A DNA stretch of 64,000 nucleotides from positions 20,540 to 84,539 of the forward strand of contig CAVRYU010000006.1 of NCBI GenBank assembly GCA_963725585.1, given 5' to 3'. Made by a program: the position numbers and the translations under genes. This stretch comes from an uncultured Bacteroidales bacterium. GTDB taxonomy: Bacteria > Bacteroidota > Bacteroidia > Bacteroidales > VadinHA17. The notes beneath the pieces are model-generated. The model was not told the DNA's origin. It did no database searches and saw nothing but the letters and a program-made list of their open reading frames with translations. Of this stretch, positions 21,697-33,106 are shown one piece after another; within the stretch, counting starts at the first letter, position 1, and each line of letters begins with the position of its first letter.

Positions 21697-24003
21697 ATGA
21701 TCGAAAATCTTGTAATTGTTGAGTCACCTGCAAAAGCTAAAACCATTGAGAAGTACCTTGGAAAAGATTTCCGTGTTGTATCCAGTTTCGGGCACATCCG
21801 CGATCTGAAGAAAAAGAATCTTGGAATCGATATTGAGAACAATTTCTCGCCTGAATACGAAATCCCTAAAGAAAAAGCAAAAGTTGTAGGAGAGCTCAGA
21901 AAAGCTGCTGCTGAATCTAAAAATATCTGGATAGCCTCTGACGAGGACCGCGAGGGAGAGGCTATTGCATGGCATCTTGCAAGTGTTTTGAACCTCGATC
22001 TGGAAACCACAAAAAGGATTGTATTTCATGAGATCACCAAAGAAGCAATCTCCGATGCTATTCAGTCTCCCCGACGGGTCGATATGAATCTTGTCAATTC
22101 CCAGCAGGCGCGGCGTATTCTTGACAGGATTGTCGGGTTTGAAATTTCTCCTGTATTATGGAAAAAAGTACAACCTGCTCTCTCGGCGGGAAGGGTTCAG
22201 TCGGTTGCAGTCCGGCTGATTGTGGAACGGGAACGCGAGATCATCACTTTCAAAACTGAATCGTCGTTCCGCATAACCGGTATATTTAAGGCGGACCATT
22301 CTGATGCAGAGAACAATGTTATCAGGGCCGAAGCCGGCAAAAGATTTCCTGATGAAAAAGAGGCACAAAAGTTCCTTGAGATCTGCAATGCTTCACAATT
22401 CAGTATATCCGGCGTCACTGTCAAACCCGGCACCAGGTCGCCTGCTCCTCCGTTCACAACCTCCACCCTCCAGCAGGAAGCATACCGGAAGCTGGGCTTC
22501 TCGGTGTCGCAGACAATGGCTGTTGCACAGAAGCTTTATGAATCGGGGAAAATTACTTATATGAGAACTGACTCGACCAATCTGTCAAAGCTCGCTCTGG
22601 CAAAATCGAGAGAGGTAATTATTTCAGAGTATGGTGAGAAATATTCAAAAACCCGTCAGTTCAAGACAAAATCCAAGGGAGCTCAGGAAGCCCACGAAGC
22701 TATCAGGCCTGCTTATCCCGACACAGTGACAATTACCGGCAATCAGAATGAGAAAAAGCTTTATGAGCTGATCTGGAAAAGGACCATAGCTTCACAGATG
22801 GCCGATGCCGAAGTTGAAAGAACGACAATATCAATAGGAATGAACAATTCTGCTGTTGTTTTCACGGCAACAGGGGAAGTAATTAAATTCGACGGATTCC
22901 TTAGAGTCTACACTGAATCGACTGACACTGAGAACGGCGACGATGAGAAAACCATTATTCCTCCAGTAAAGAAAGGAATGCCTCTTTATTATGACACTAT
23001 ATCAGCCACGCAGAAATTCACGTCCCCTCTTCCCCGCTATACCGAAGCCAGTCTTGTCAAGAAGCTTGAAGAACTTGGCATCGGAAGACCATCGACATAT
23101 GCTCCCACAATTTCAACGATACAGAACAGGGGTTATGTCTTAAGGGAAGACAGGCCGGGGGAAAAACGGCAGCTGAAAATTATAACACTCTCCAAAGGAA
23201 AATATTCGACAACATCAAAGACTGAAGCTGCAGGAAAAGAAAAATCCAAGTTGTTTCCGCAGGACATAGGAATGATAGTGAATGATTTCCTTATGGAAAA
23301 CTTCTCTGAAATTGTCGATTATAATTTTACCGCCGATGTTGAAGAGCAGTTTGATAAGATTGCAGAAGGCAAACTGAAATGGACAGGGATGATTGGTAAG
23401 TTTTATACAACATTTCATAAGACAGTTGAAGATTCACTGGAGAAAACAACCAGGAAAACAACTACCAGGGTACTCGGCACTCATCCCGAAACCGGGGAAC
23501 AGGTTTCTGTAAGAATGGGAAGATTCGGACCCGTGGCACAGATAGAGGATAAAGCAAACGGAGGGAAGCCACGTTTTGCAAGTCTTACAAGAAACCAGCT
23601 CCTCGAAACCATTACCCTCCCCGAAGCACTTAAGCTCTTTCGCCTTCCCCGGTCGCTCGGTATGCTCGAAGGAGATGAAATGGTAGTAGGTATCGGGAAA
23701 TTCGGACCCTATGTAAGATACAAAACCAAGTTCTATTCACTGAAAAAAGGTGTTGATGATCCTTATTCAGTAACAATTGAAAGAGCCTCCGAAATAATCA
23801 GGGAAAAGGGTGAAAGCGATAAGAAAAAGGTAATAAAGGACTTCGGTGATATCCGCCTTCTGAACGGAAGATACGGACCTTACCTTGCACAGGATAAGAA
23901 AAACTACAGGCTGCCGAAAGGCACCGATGTCGAAAAACTTACAAAAGAAGATTGTATTGTGATCATTGAAAAAAGTGAAAAAACCAAAAAAAGTTCTGAA
24001 TAA
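21697..24003 (+). CDS. topA: DNA topoisomerase I
   Basis: LVIVESPAKAKTI, DEDREGEAI, SAGRVQS, ITYMRTDS and GIGRPSTYA, with C-terminal GRFGP/GKFGP/GRYGP repeats. Confidence 0.98.
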   Translation: MIENLVIVESPAKAKTIEKYLGKDFRVVSSFGHIRDLKKKNLGIDIENNFSPEYEIPKEKAKVVGELRKAAAESKNIWIASDEDREGEAIAWHLASVLNLDLETTKRIVFHEITKEAISDAIQSPRRVDMNLVNSQQARRILDRIVGFEISPVLWKKVQPALSAGRVQSVAVRLIVEREREIITFKTESSFRITGIFKADHSDAENNVIRAEAGKRFPDEKEAQKFLEICNASQFSISGVTVKPGTRSPAPPFTTSTLQQEAYRKLGFSVSQTMAVAQKLYESGKITYMRTDSTNLSKLALAKSREVIISEYGEKYSKTRQFKTKSKGAQEAHEAIRPAYPDTVTITGNQNEKKLYELIWKRTIASQMADAEVERTTISIGMNNSAVVFTATGEVIKFDGFLRVYTESTDTENGDDEKTIIPPVKKGMPLYYDTISATQKFTSPLPRYTEASLVKKLEELGIGRPSTYAPTISTIQNRGYVLREDRPGEKRQLKIITLSKGKYSTTSKTEAAGKEKSKLFPQDIGMIVNDFLMENFSEIVDYNFTADVEEQFDKIAEGKLKWTGMIGKFYTTFHKTVEDSLEKTTRKTTTRVLGTHPETGEQVSVRMGRFGPVAQIEDKANGGKPRFASLTRNQLLETITLPEALKLFRLPRSLGMLEGDEMVVGIGKFGPYVRYKTKFYSLKKGVDDPYSVTIERASEIIREKGESDKKKVIKDFGDIRLLNGRYGPYLAQDKKNYRLPKGTDVEKLTKEDCIVIIEKSEKTKKSSE

Positions 24004-24006
24004 ATT

Positions 24007-25176
24007 ATGCTGGACCTAAATGATTATTTCAATCCGGTAAGTATTGAGAAGCAGGGTTTTGAAAACCTGACCGGGAATGCCGGCTTTCCTCATAACGTTG
24101 TTATTAATACTGAAAATAATCAGGTAAAGGATATCAGGGATTTTAAGGTTGCCATTCTTGGAGTGCCTGACGGAAGAAACTCAGCAAGTCAGGGCTCGTC
24201 TGATGCTCCGGATGCAATAAGACAGCAGCTTTACAGCCTGGCAAGGATACCGGGAAAGTCAAAGATCATTGATCTGGGTAATATGAAACAGGGGGTAACT
24301 TTCAGCGATACCCTGGCCGGACTTACAGATATCCTCTGCGCCCTTCTGAAAGAGAATATCCTTCCTGTGATCATTGGCGGAAGCAGCGCTCTTGTTACTG
24401 CAATCGACCGTTCATTCACTCAGTTAAAAACCAGGTATACTCTCGTTTCCGTTGATCCAAGAGTTGATTACAGCAATAATCCTGATGCGCCTGATTCATT
24501 CAGTTACCTGAACAAAATAACCGGTAACCATAAGAGTACCTTCAGCCAGTATATTAATATAGGGTATCAGACCTATCTTAACGATCAGCAGGTATTGAAC
24601 CGTTTTGTCAGGCGCCATTCGGAACTGCTAAGAATCGGCGATGTCAGACAGGCTATATATCTCACAGAGCCGCTCTTCAGGGATTCAGATGCAGCCATTT
24701 TCGATATCTCAGCTGTCAGGCAGTCAGATGCTCCCGGTACAGATGTACCTTCACCAAATGGTTTCTATGGCGAGGAGATATGTCTTCTTTCGAGATATGC
24801 AGGAATTTCAGATAACCTTAAGGTCTTCGGACTTTTTGATGTCAATCCCAGGCTGGATATCCGTTATCAGACAACGGGTCTTGCTGCCCAGATAATCTGG
24901 TTCTTTCTTGAAGGTTTTTCACAGAAGCAGTATGAGACACCGGTTTTAAGCAACAGTAATGCAGGTCGTTTTATTAAATATCATGTAAGGGTTACTGATC
25001 TTGAGGATGATCTTATATTCGTTAAAAGCAACCTTACTGAAAGATGGTGGATTGAGCTTACCGATGAGAATAATGCAAATATTTATGTTGCATGTTCACA
25101 TGACGATTATCTTAAGGCAAACCGGAATGAAGTTCCCGACAAATGGGTTAAAGCTTCAAACAGATTAAAGTCCTGA
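24007..25176 (+). CDS. Arginase/formimidoylglutamase-family protein with degenerate metal motifs
   Basis: VAILGVP, IDLGN, PVIIGG, NIGYQTY and SPNGFYGEEIC match the Bacteroidota arginase-like family; the DxHxD motif reads DPRVD. Confidence 0.8.
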   Translation: MLDLNDYFNPVSIEKQGFENLTGNAGFPHNVVINTENNQVKDIRDFKVAILGVPDGRNSASQGSSDAPDAIRQQLYSLARIPGKSKIIDLGNMKQGVTFSDTLAGLTDILCALLKENILPVIIGGSSALVTAIDRSFTQLKTRYTLVSVDPRVDYSNNPDAPDSFSYLNKITGNHKSTFSQYINIGYQTYLNDQQVLNRFVRRHSELLRIGDVRQAIYLTEPLFRDSDAAIFDISAVRQSDAPGTDVPSPNGFYGEEICLLSRYAGISDNLKVFGLFDVNPRLDIRYQTTGLAAQIIWFFLEGFSQKQYETPVLSNSNAGRFIKYHVRVTDLEDDLIFVKSNLTERWWIELTDENNANIYVACSHDDYLKANRNEVPDKWVKASNRLKS

Positions 25177-25354
25177 TCCTTCAAATATTTTAAATTCTTT
25201 CCCGTTTAATTGAATGTTTGGAATATTCTTTGTGGATAATTGAACAGGAATGTTTAAAAGTTTTAACCAACTGAATACCGGTTTGCATACTTTTAATTTT
25301 TTTACTTTACTTTAGAAGTTCGATAAATGGGCTTATTCCTAATTATTTAAAGAA

Positions 25355-26299
25355 GTGAAAAAAATTTATACTGCATATTTATTTATGCTCCTGTCGGTTA
25401 CCTTCTGCTTCTCCCAGCAGGATCCAATCACAAGCAATTATATGTTCAACACCCTGACTTTTAATCCCGGATATGCGGGTACGTCGGGGATGATATGTGC
25501 AACTGCAATAAACAGGCAGCAATGGGTCGGGTTCAAGGGAGCCCCGTCGACGACAATATTCAATATCAGTGCTCCTGTTACACCTTTTAAAATAAACAGC
25601 GGGGTAGGTCTGATGGTCGAAAACGACAATGTAGGCTTCGACAAGGATATAAACCTTAATCTTATGTATTCATATATTGCCGATTTAGGACAGGGCAAGC
25701 TGGGCATAGGAGTCAGTGCCGGAATGTATAACATGACACTTGATCCTGAATGGGTAATCCCAAATGGCGATATCTTTACCCCTCCCTCCGGCGATCCTCT
25801 GATCCCTGAAAGCAAAGAGAGTTCGGTAACCTTCGATGCCGGTCTGGGTGCCTATTATACTACCGATAAATATTATGCTGGTCTTTCAGTTACTCATATC
25901 AATCAGCCGAAAATAAAATTTACAAAAGGTGTCACCTACATAAGCCGTCATTATTATATAACTGCAGGGTATATTCTTCAGCTGCCAAACCCATCGCTTG
26001 AGTTACTGCCTTCCCTTTATGCGCTTAGCGACGGTAAGGCAATACAATTTTCTGCAACTTCTTTATTAAGATACAATAAAAAGGCATGGGGGGGCGTTTC
26101 TTACAGACCCGGTGATGCACTGGTAGGGATTGTTGGGATAGAGTTGTTTAATGGTATCAGGGTCGGATACGCTTACGATTTCCCGATCTCAGATATCAGA
26201 AAGAGCACAAGCGGGTCGCACGAATTCATGGTAAATTATTGTTTCAGTCTCAGTATGGGCAAGAGTCCCATGAGATACAAAAGCATACGGTTTTTATGA
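25355..26299 (+). CDS. porP: Type IX secretion system PorP/SprF beta-barrel
   Basis: Signal peptide then QQDP..YMFN..NPGYAG, RQQWVG, GYAYD and SGSHE; directly upstream of gldK. Confidence 0.92.
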   Translation: MKKIYTAYLFMLLSVTFCFSQQDPITSNYMFNTLTFNPGYAGTSGMICATAINRQQWVGFKGAPSTTIFNISAPVTPFKINSGVGLMVENDNVGFDKDINLNLMYSYIADLGQGKLGIGVSAGMYNMTLDPEWVIPNGDIFTPPSGDPLIPESKESSVTFDAGLGAYYTTDKYYAGLSVTHINQPKIKFTKGVTYISRHYYITAGYILQLPNPSLELLPSLYALSDGKAIQFSATSLLRYNKKAWGGVSYRPGDALVGIVGIELFNGIRVGYAYDFPISDIRKSTSGSHEFMVNYCFSLSMGKSPMRYKSIRFL

Positions 26300-26342
26300 T
26301 TTTTAAAAATAAAATTACTTGCAATACAAAATTCTAAAGAAT

Positions 26343-27690
26343 ATGAAAAAGGAAATCCTTTCAGCTCTGATAATTATAATTTTCTTAGGTGGTTGTAAGT
26401 CTTCCGATAACGGAGAACTGACAGGAGTCGCTGGGAGAAAAAATTTCTTTGAGCCTGAACCATTCGAAATGGCGTTCATCCCTGCCGGTAGCTTCACCAT
26501 GGGACCAAGTGACCAGGATGCTGTATTCGCACAGAACAGCATCTCAAAGGTAGTTACTGTTGAAGCATTCTGGATGGACCAGACTGAAATAACAAATAAT
26601 AAGTATCGTCAGTTTGTATATTATGTCAGGGATTCCATTCTAAGAACAAAGCTCGGTGAGGCCCAGGTTCCCGACCGTGAGTATTTTGTCACCGACAAGG
26701 AAGGTAATCCTGTCGAACCTCCTGTTATCAACTGGCAGGAAAAGATTGATCCTGAAGAAGAGACGACAGCTGCTGTCCTTGAAGAGATGTTCTACCCTCC
26801 CGAAGAGAGATTCAACGGCAAAAAGCAAATTGATGTCAGGAAACTTAATTATACCTATTTCTGGGTTGATTATCAGCAGGCTGCAAAAGCAAAATATGTA
26901 AATGACTATGCAAACAACACCTGGAAATATGTAGGGCAGGTAATAGACCGAAACGGAAATGTAACACCGGTTAAGGATCGTTCATCTTTCATAAGACATG
27001 ATACAATTAATATATATCCTGATACTCTGTGCTGGATAAGGGACTTTACCTATTCATTCAATGATCCGCAGGCAGACCTTTATTTCTGGCATCCGTCATT
27101 CGACGACTATCCGGTTGTGGGGGTTTCATGGCCGCAGGCGACAGCTTTCAGCAGGTGGAGAACTGACTTATATGAATACTGCCCTCAGGAAAAATGGTAT
27201 TGCCGATGTACAAGCCTACAGGCTTCCTCTCGAAACTGAATGGGAATATGCTTCAAGAGGCGGACTTGACCTTTCGATGTATCCCTGGGGCGGCCCTTAT
27301 ACCCGGAACTACCAGGGCTGTTTCCTTGCCAACTTTAAACCTTTACGAGGGAACTATATCGACGACGGTACAGTCTACAGCGCAAAAGTAGGATCGTACG
27401 AACCCAATGAATATGGTTTATTTGACATGTCGGGGAACGTTGCCGAGTGGACTCTCTGTGCCTATCACCCATCGGCATATATCTTCCAGCACGACCTGAA
27501 TCCAAATTATGAATATAATGCACGTCCGCAGGATCCTCCGGTACTTAAACGCAAAGTTATCAGGGGTGGTTCATGGAAGGATATAGCTTATTTCCTTCAG
27601 ACCAGCGCAAGAGATTATGAATATCAGGATTCAACAAAATCTTACATCGGGTTCCGAAATGTAAGATCTTATATCGGAGTAAATCAATAA
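26343..27690 (+). CDS. gldK: T9SS/gliding lipoprotein GldK/PorK (FGE-sulfatase fold), indel near 27170
   Basis: Lipobox LGGC, GELTG, IPAGSFTMG and YPVVGVSW; the next frame has RLPLETEWEYASRGG, DMSGNVAEW and RGGSWKD. Confidence 0.93.
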
Positions 27691-27723
27691 AAAATTAATA
27701 TAACCTTTTAAAAAACCAGGTAT

Positions 27724-28614
27724 ATGAGCCTAGCAGAAATAGTACAGTCAAGCGGATGGAAGAACTTCATGTCCAAATTATATGGTATTGGTGCTTCTGT
27801 CGTAATCATTGGAGCATTATTTAAAATACAGCACTGGAATGGTGCAGGATTAATGCTTACTATTGGTCTGTTCACAGAAGCAGTTATCTTCTTCTTTTCA
27901 GCATTCGAACCCCTTCATGAAGAGGTTGACTGGACACTTGTTTATCCTGAGCTTGCCGGCGTCCCGGAGGAAGAACCAGGAATGCAGGCAAGAGGTGTTG
28001 GCGGTGGCGGATATGCGGGTGCTATTGGTGGCAGCAGTGGCGGAGGTGCCGGAAGCGGTTCTTATGCACTTTCAAAATTCGATGAGATGCTGCAAAGTGC
28101 TGATATTACACCTGAACTATTTCAGAAACTTGGCGTCGGAATGAAAAAATTCAGCGAATCAACCACCAATCTTAGCCTTATGGGCGATATCTCAGCCACA
28201 TCTTCAAAATACATGAATACGATTCAGTCTGCCAATGATGCTCTCGGACGTTTGACAGATACATATCAGTCGACTGCCAAAATAATAAATGATTCTAACT
28301 CCAATTATGGTAAACTGGCTGAGTCATATTCGGTAATCGAATCAGGTGGAAAATCATATAAGCAGCAGCTGGAAGCACTCAATAAGAACCTTTCGGCTCT
28401 TAATACAGTCTATGAACTTCAGCGTAAAGGAGTTGATGAACATATAAAGGATTCTGATTCCCTGCATAAAAACATCCAGGGCCTGATGAAGGATCTTTCT
28501 GAATCAGCAGGTGATTCTAAAAAATATCGTGAACAGATCACTAAACTCAACGATAATCTGGCAGCATTGAATAATGTCTATGGAAACATGCTTGCTGCAA
28601 TGAATGTTAAATAG
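27724..28614 (+). CDS. gldL: T9SS/gliding motor subunit GldL/PorL
   Basis: YGIGASVVIIGALFKIQHW, TEAVIF, DWTLVYPEL and C-terminal LNNVYGNMLAAM. Confidence 0.95.
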   Translation: MSLAEIVQSSGWKNFMSKLYGIGASVVIIGALFKIQHWNGAGLMLTIGLFTEAVIFFFSAFEPLHEEVDWTLVYPELAGVPEEEPGMQARGVGGGGYAGAIGGSSGGGAGSGSYALSKFDEMLQSADITPELFQKLGVGMKKFSESTTNLSLMGDISATSSKYMNTIQSANDALGRLTDTYQSTAKIINDSNSNYGKLAESYSVIESGGKSYKQQLEALNKNLSALNTVYELQRKGVDEHIKDSDSLHKNIQGLMKDLSESAGDSKKYREQITKLNDNLAALNNVYGNMLAAMNVK

Positions 28615-28650
28615 CGTGACATTTTAATCTATAACTAAACAACCCTAAAA

Positions 28651-30249
28651 ATGGCTCACGAGAGGCTATCACCACGGCAAAAGATGATCGGTATGATGTA
28701 CCTGATACTTACCGCCATGCTTGCACTTAACGTATCAAAGGAAGCCGTTGAAGCATTTAAAAAAGTTGATAAGAGTCTTACTAACACACTGGCAAACTAC
28801 GTTATCAAGAATAATCTTATTTACGAGGAATTCGACAAGGCAGCATCAGAAAATCCCACAAAAGCAGGGAAATACAGAGACGACTGCTATGGAAGTAAAA
28901 AGCCGTTCCGACGAAATATCCAATTTATTCAGGATCTTAAAGTTGAGATTATTGCGGAGGCGGAGGGCACTGAATCTAAGGCAATTGCTGGCAATGTGAT
29001 TGATATTGAAAAGGTAAAGAGATTTGATGACAACAATGTCCCCTCCCAGATTCTAATCGGAGCCAATGAAAATGGCAAAGCAAGTACTCTGAAAGCTCTG
29101 ATGAACGATTATCGTGAATTCCTTATCTCGACACTTGACGGGAAGAATCCCAGTGCTGAAGATGCTCTCCGTAAAAGTCTTAATACCGACGACGGACATG
29201 ATCCGGACGGGCAGCCTTCAAAGTGGGAAAATGTTACCTTCCAGCTCCTTCCACTGGTAGCTGTCGAAACCATCCTTTCAAAAATGCAGGTTGATGTCAG
29301 AAACGCAGAGACAGAGGTATTGAATCATCTTTATACTCAGATTGATGCCGGCTCATTCAAGGTGAACAAAATAGTTGCAAACGTCGTTCCGGTATCCAGC
29401 TATGTGACACAGGGAGGCGATTACGAAGCAAGAGTATTTATCTCTGCAATCGATTCAACGCAGAAACCTGTGGTTAAAGTAAGTGGTTCAGAACTTCCGG
29501 TTGATGAATCAGGCAAAGGAGTTTACAAGGTACGTGCTTCTTCAACAGGGCCGAAAAATTGGGGTGGTGTTATCTCCCTCAGGAACCCGTCTGGTGCTAT
29601 GGTAGATTATCCTTTTGAATCATCATACTATGTTGGTGAACCCAATGTGGTTGTTTCTCCGACAGCAATGAACGTAATGTACAAGGGAATTCAGAATCCA
29701 ATCGATGTTTCTGTTCCTGGTGTAAGCCCCGATAAAATAAGGGTCAGAGTGGTTAACGGTACAGTCACTACCCAGAAGGTTAAGAACTCCAAAGGAGACA
29801 ATTTCAGGGGAAACTGGGCAGTAAATCCGACAACTGTCGGTCAGAATGTCCAGGTTATTGTGTCAGTAACTGATGAATCCAACAAAGGGACAACATATGC
29901 ACCGATCGAGTTCAGGGTTAAACCTGTCCCCGCCCCTATAGCTTCATTTGGAGGAAAAAGCACGGGTAACATTGCTAAAAACACCGCAGCAGCTCAGACG
30001 GGAGTTTATGCTTCCCTTCCTGATTTCGAATTTGACCTTGTATATAAGATCACCTCTTTTACAGTCCTTTACACTGACAGTCGTGGTGACTTTGAGGAAC
30101 CAAGCTCAAGCAATGCACTTACCCAGAAACAGAGGGATATTATTACCAAACTTGTACGAGGTAAGAACCTTTTCTTAAAGGATATTAAATGTCTGGCTCC
30201 CGATGGCAGAACATTGGATCTGAGCCCCATAATATTAAAGATAGATTAG
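28651..30249 (+). CDS. gldM: T9SS/gliding motor subunit GldM/PorM; probable compensated indel pair at about 28880-28925
   Basis: SPRQKMIGMMYLILTAMLALNVS and MNVMYKGIQNP. The segment CYGSKKPFRRN reads TAMEVKSRSDEISN in the alternative frame, which looks more GldM-like. Confidence 0.95.
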   Translation: MAHERLSPRQKMIGMMYLILTAMLALNVSKEAVEAFKKVDKSLTNTLANYVIKNNLIYEEFDKAASENPTKAGKYRDDCYGSKKPFRRNIQFIQDLKVEIIAEAEGTESKAIAGNVIDIEKVKRFDDNNVPSQILIGANENGKASTLKALMNDYREFLISTLDGKNPSAEDALRKSLNTDDGHDPDGQPSKWENVTFQLLPLVAVETILSKMQVDVRNAETEVLNHLYTQIDAGSFKVNKIVANVVPVSSYVTQGGDYEARVFISAIDSTQKPVVKVSGSELPVDESGKGVYKVRASSTGPKNWGGVISLRNPSGAMVDYPFESSYYVGEPNVVVSPTAMNVMYKGIQNPIDVSVPGVSPDKIRVRVVNGTVTTQKVKNSKGDNFRGNWAVNPTTVGQNVQVIVSVTDESNKGTTYAPIEFRVKPVPAPIASFGGKSTGNIAKNTAAAQTGVYASLPDFEFDLVYKITSFTVLYTDSRGDFEEPSSSNALTQKQRDIITKLVRGKNLFLKDIKCLAPDGRTLDLSPIILKID

Positions 30250-30267
30250 TAAATAAATTATAGTAAA

Positions 30268-31092
30268 ATGAATAAGAAAATTCTTTTTGGAATTATCGTC
30301 CTTGCAATCGGCACTATGGCTAATGCTCAGTCATTTGGCGATATATACCAGAAATCAATAACGGATAACAAGAAGATCAACTACCCCTTCCTCAGGGAAG
30401 CTGATGTGATCTGGTCAAAGAAAATATGGCGTCTTATCGATCTCAGGGAGAAGATAAACCAGCCATTGTATTATCCCTTAAAAACAACTCAGGACGGCAG
30501 AAAAAGCCTTATCACTGTAATACTTGAAGAGATACGTGCAGGACGCCTCGAAGCATTTTCAGCGTTGGACTCCAATCTGCCAACCACATATGACGATATT
30601 GAAATAAATATGGGGGCTAAAACCAAAACCGAGTCAATTCAGATAAATGCGGAAGGCCAGACCAGGGATACGACAATAACTGCACAGTCAAAACCTGAAG
30701 AGGTTAAGCAACTTCTTGTTTATGAAGAATGGTATTTCGATAAAAAACTTTCGAAGCTCGACGTAAGGATTATAGGCTTTATGCCCTATTGGATGGGTTA
30801 TGATAATGATGCCGGGCGGGCTTTGAGGAAACCTTTGTTCTGGGTCAAATATGACGACTTAAGGGATGCACTTGCAAAACAGGAAGCTTTCCTTGCCAGC
30901 AATGACGCTCAAAGGATCTCATTTGATGATCTCTTTATGCAGAGAAGATTCGGAAGCGTAATTTTCGGTGAATCCAACGTTTTTGACGACAGACAGATCA
31001 ATGAGTACACTGTTGGTAAATCCACACTATTTGAAGCTGAACGTATTAAAAACGAACTGTTCAACTTTGAACACGACCTATGGGAGTTTTAA
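30268..31092 (+). CDS. gldN: T9SS/gliding protein GldN/PorN
   Basis: [36 protein letters not shown] and C-terminal FEHDLWEF. Confidence 0.95.
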   Translation: MNKKILFGIIVLAIGTMANAQSFGDIYQKSITDNKKINYPFLREADVIWSKKIWRLIDLREKINQPLYYPLKTTQDGRKSLITVILEEIRAGRLEAFSALDSNLPTTYDDIEINMGAKTKTESIQINAEGQTRDTTITAQSKPEEVKQLLVYEEWYFDKKLSKLDVRIIGFMPYWMGYDNDAGRALRKPLFWVKYDDLRDALAKQEAFLASNDAQRISFDDLFMQRRFGSVIFGESNVFDDRQINEYTVGKSTLFEAERIKNELFNFEHDLWEF

Positions 31093-31101
31093 ACCTTCGA
31101 C

Positions 31102-31133
31102 ATAAAAAAGGCTGCCTCGGCAGCCTTTTTTAT
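31102..31133. terminator. Bidirectional intrinsic terminator between gldN and manC
   Basis: AAAAAAGGCTGCC-TC-GGCAGCCTTTTTT between convergent genes. Confidence 0.88.
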
Positions 31134-31149
31134 TTGGGAAGGTTGGGGG

Positions 31150-32241
31150 TTATTGAAATTTTTCACCTGTTGCGTTTTTCACATCCTCCAGGTAGTTTTT
31201 GATACTCTGCTCCTCTTCCTTTTTTACAATAAGAAGAACATCACCTGAATCAACAACGATATAGTCCTTTAAACCCTGTACAACGGCAATCTTGCCGGGG
31301 GCAATGTTAAAAATATTTCCCCTGCTGTCGTACGAGAATACTTCTCCGCTTACCTTGGAGTTTCCTTTTTTGTCGACTTTTGAATGCTCATGAAGGGAGC
31401 TCCATGTCCCGAGATCCGACCAGCCGATATCGGTACACATTACATATACATTATCAGCCTTTTCCATTATCCCGTAGTCGATCGAAATACTACGGCACTG
31501 TGCATAAGTATTGCCAATGAATTTTTTTTCCAGCTTAGTCCCAAAACTCTCCCTGCCTTCTTCGAAAGCAGAGAACATCTCTGGAAGGTGCTTTTCAAAA
31601 GCACTCAGTATCGATTTGATATTCCAGATGAATATACCTGAGTTCCAGTAAAAATCACCGCTTTCAAGAAACACTTTCGCCAGCTCAATACCCGGTTTTT
31701 CAGTAAATGTTTTAACCTTCATGAGGTTATTTAAGCCAGCGACACTTTTTTTACGGTCAGCCTGAATATATCCGTATCCGGTTTCAGGCCTGTCAGGCTT
31801 TATTCCAAGGGTCAGGAGAGCATTGTTCTTTTCAGCAAATTCAAAGCTCTTCTTTATTACTTCAACAAATTTGTCTTCTTTAATAATCAGATGATCAGCC
31901 GGTGTAACAGCTATCACAGCATCGGGATTCTCTTTTAGTATCCTGAATGTGCCATAAGCCAGACATGGAGCTGTATTTCGTCTGAAAGGCTCACCAAGTA
32001 TGTTGGCCACATCTATTTCAAGCTGTTCAGCCACAATATCCTTATGTTCTGCACTGGTTACAATATAGATATTCTCTTTCCTGCAGATAGATCTGAATCT
32101 TCTGAAGGTCTGCTGCAGTAAAGTCTCCCCGTTTCCGAGTATATCAAGGAACTGCTTAGGCTTTACAAGGCGGCTCATGGGCCAGAACCGGCTTCCCACT
32201 CCACCGGCCATGATTATTACATACCTGTTGTCCATTGGCAT
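31150..32241 (-). CDS. manC: Mannose-1-phosphate guanylyltransferase
   Basis: IMAGGVGSRFWP, PKQF, RNTAP, ETGYGYI, WNSGIF, SIDYGIME and WSDLGTW; TATCTTTG -7 box at 32267-32274. Confidence 0.94.
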   Translation of the reverse strand: MPMDNRYVIIMAGGVGSRFWPMSRLVKPKQFLDILGNGETLLQQTFRRFRSICRKENIYIVTSAEHKDIVAEQLEIDVANILGEPFRRNTAPCLAYGTFRILKENPDAVIAVTPADHLIIKEDKFVEVIKKSFEFAEKNNALLTLGIKPDRPETGYGYIQADRKKSVAGLNNLMKVKTFTEKPGIELAKVFLESGDFYWNSGIFIWNIKSILSAFEKHLPEMFSAFEEGRESFGTKLEKKFIGNTYAQCRSISIDYGIMEKADNVYVMCTDIGWSDLGTWSSLHEHSKVDKKGNSKVSGEVFSYDSRGNIFNIAPGKIAVVQGLKDYIVVDSGDVLLIVKKEEEQSIKNYLEDVKNATGEKFQ

Positions 32242-32361
32242 TTAAGAATTTCTTGTAATTTTTATGCAAAGATATAATTATTTTGACCAATCCCGATTTA
32301 AAGACCCGGCACCGGAATTACCATAAATATTTGTAATTTTACCCATCATTATAAGTAGACA

Positions 32362-33106
32362 ATGTTTAAGTTTCTAGAGCAGTTTGGCAGTTATTTTCTG
32401 CTTCTCAAAAAAGTTTTTTCCAAACCCGAAAAGCCTTTTGTCTATTATAAGCAGACAATGCACGAGATGGTTTTTCTCGGACTCAATTCTGTTGGAATAG
32501 TATCAGTAATATCATTCTTTATGGGCGCTGTTATTACCCTGCAAACTGCTTATAATACCGAAAACCCAATTTATCCTACCTACCTTATTGGACTTGGTTG
32601 CCGCGACTGCAATACTTCTCGAGTTCTCGTCAACAATCGCGGCTCTTATTCTTGCGGGTAAAGTCGGATCCAGTATTGCATCAGAAATAGGTACAATGAG
32701 GGTAACCGAACAGATCGATGCACTCGAGATTATGGGAGTCAACTCAGCATCTTACCTTATTCTTCCCAAGATAATTGCAACTCTTGTATTTAACCCCTTT
32801 CTCACCCTTATAAGCATTTCTGTCGGTATTGTCGGAGGATGGATTGCCGGTACCACTGCAGGGGTTATAACATCTGAAGATTATATTTATGGCATCCAGT
32901 ATGCATTTATCCCTTATTATGTAACTTATGCCATAATTAAAACACTATTCTTCGCTTTCATAATTACTACAGTTTCTGCTTATCATGGTTATAAGATCGA
33001 GGGCGGATCTCTTGAAGTCGGTCAGGCAAGTACAAAGGCGGTTGTTCACAGCAGCATTATTATTCTGTTTTTCAATGTTATTTTAACACAACTTCTGCTG
33101 TCATGA
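32362..33106 (+). CDS. mlaE: MlaE-family ABC permease, indel near 32603
   Basis: ISFFMGAVITLQ, then AGKVGSSIASEIGTMRVTEQIDALEIMG and VGQASTKAVV. Confidence 0.9.

Noticed and set aside
25231-25239. Perfect DnaA box TGTGGATAA upstream of porP
   Set aside because: It is a single copy, roughly what chance gives in 64 kb, with no box cluster or dnaA gene to suggest oriC.
27975-28065. Gly/Ser-rich low-complexity tract in gldL
   Set aside because: It is in frame and consistent with the variable cytoplasmic linker after the GldL TM helices; not a separate element.
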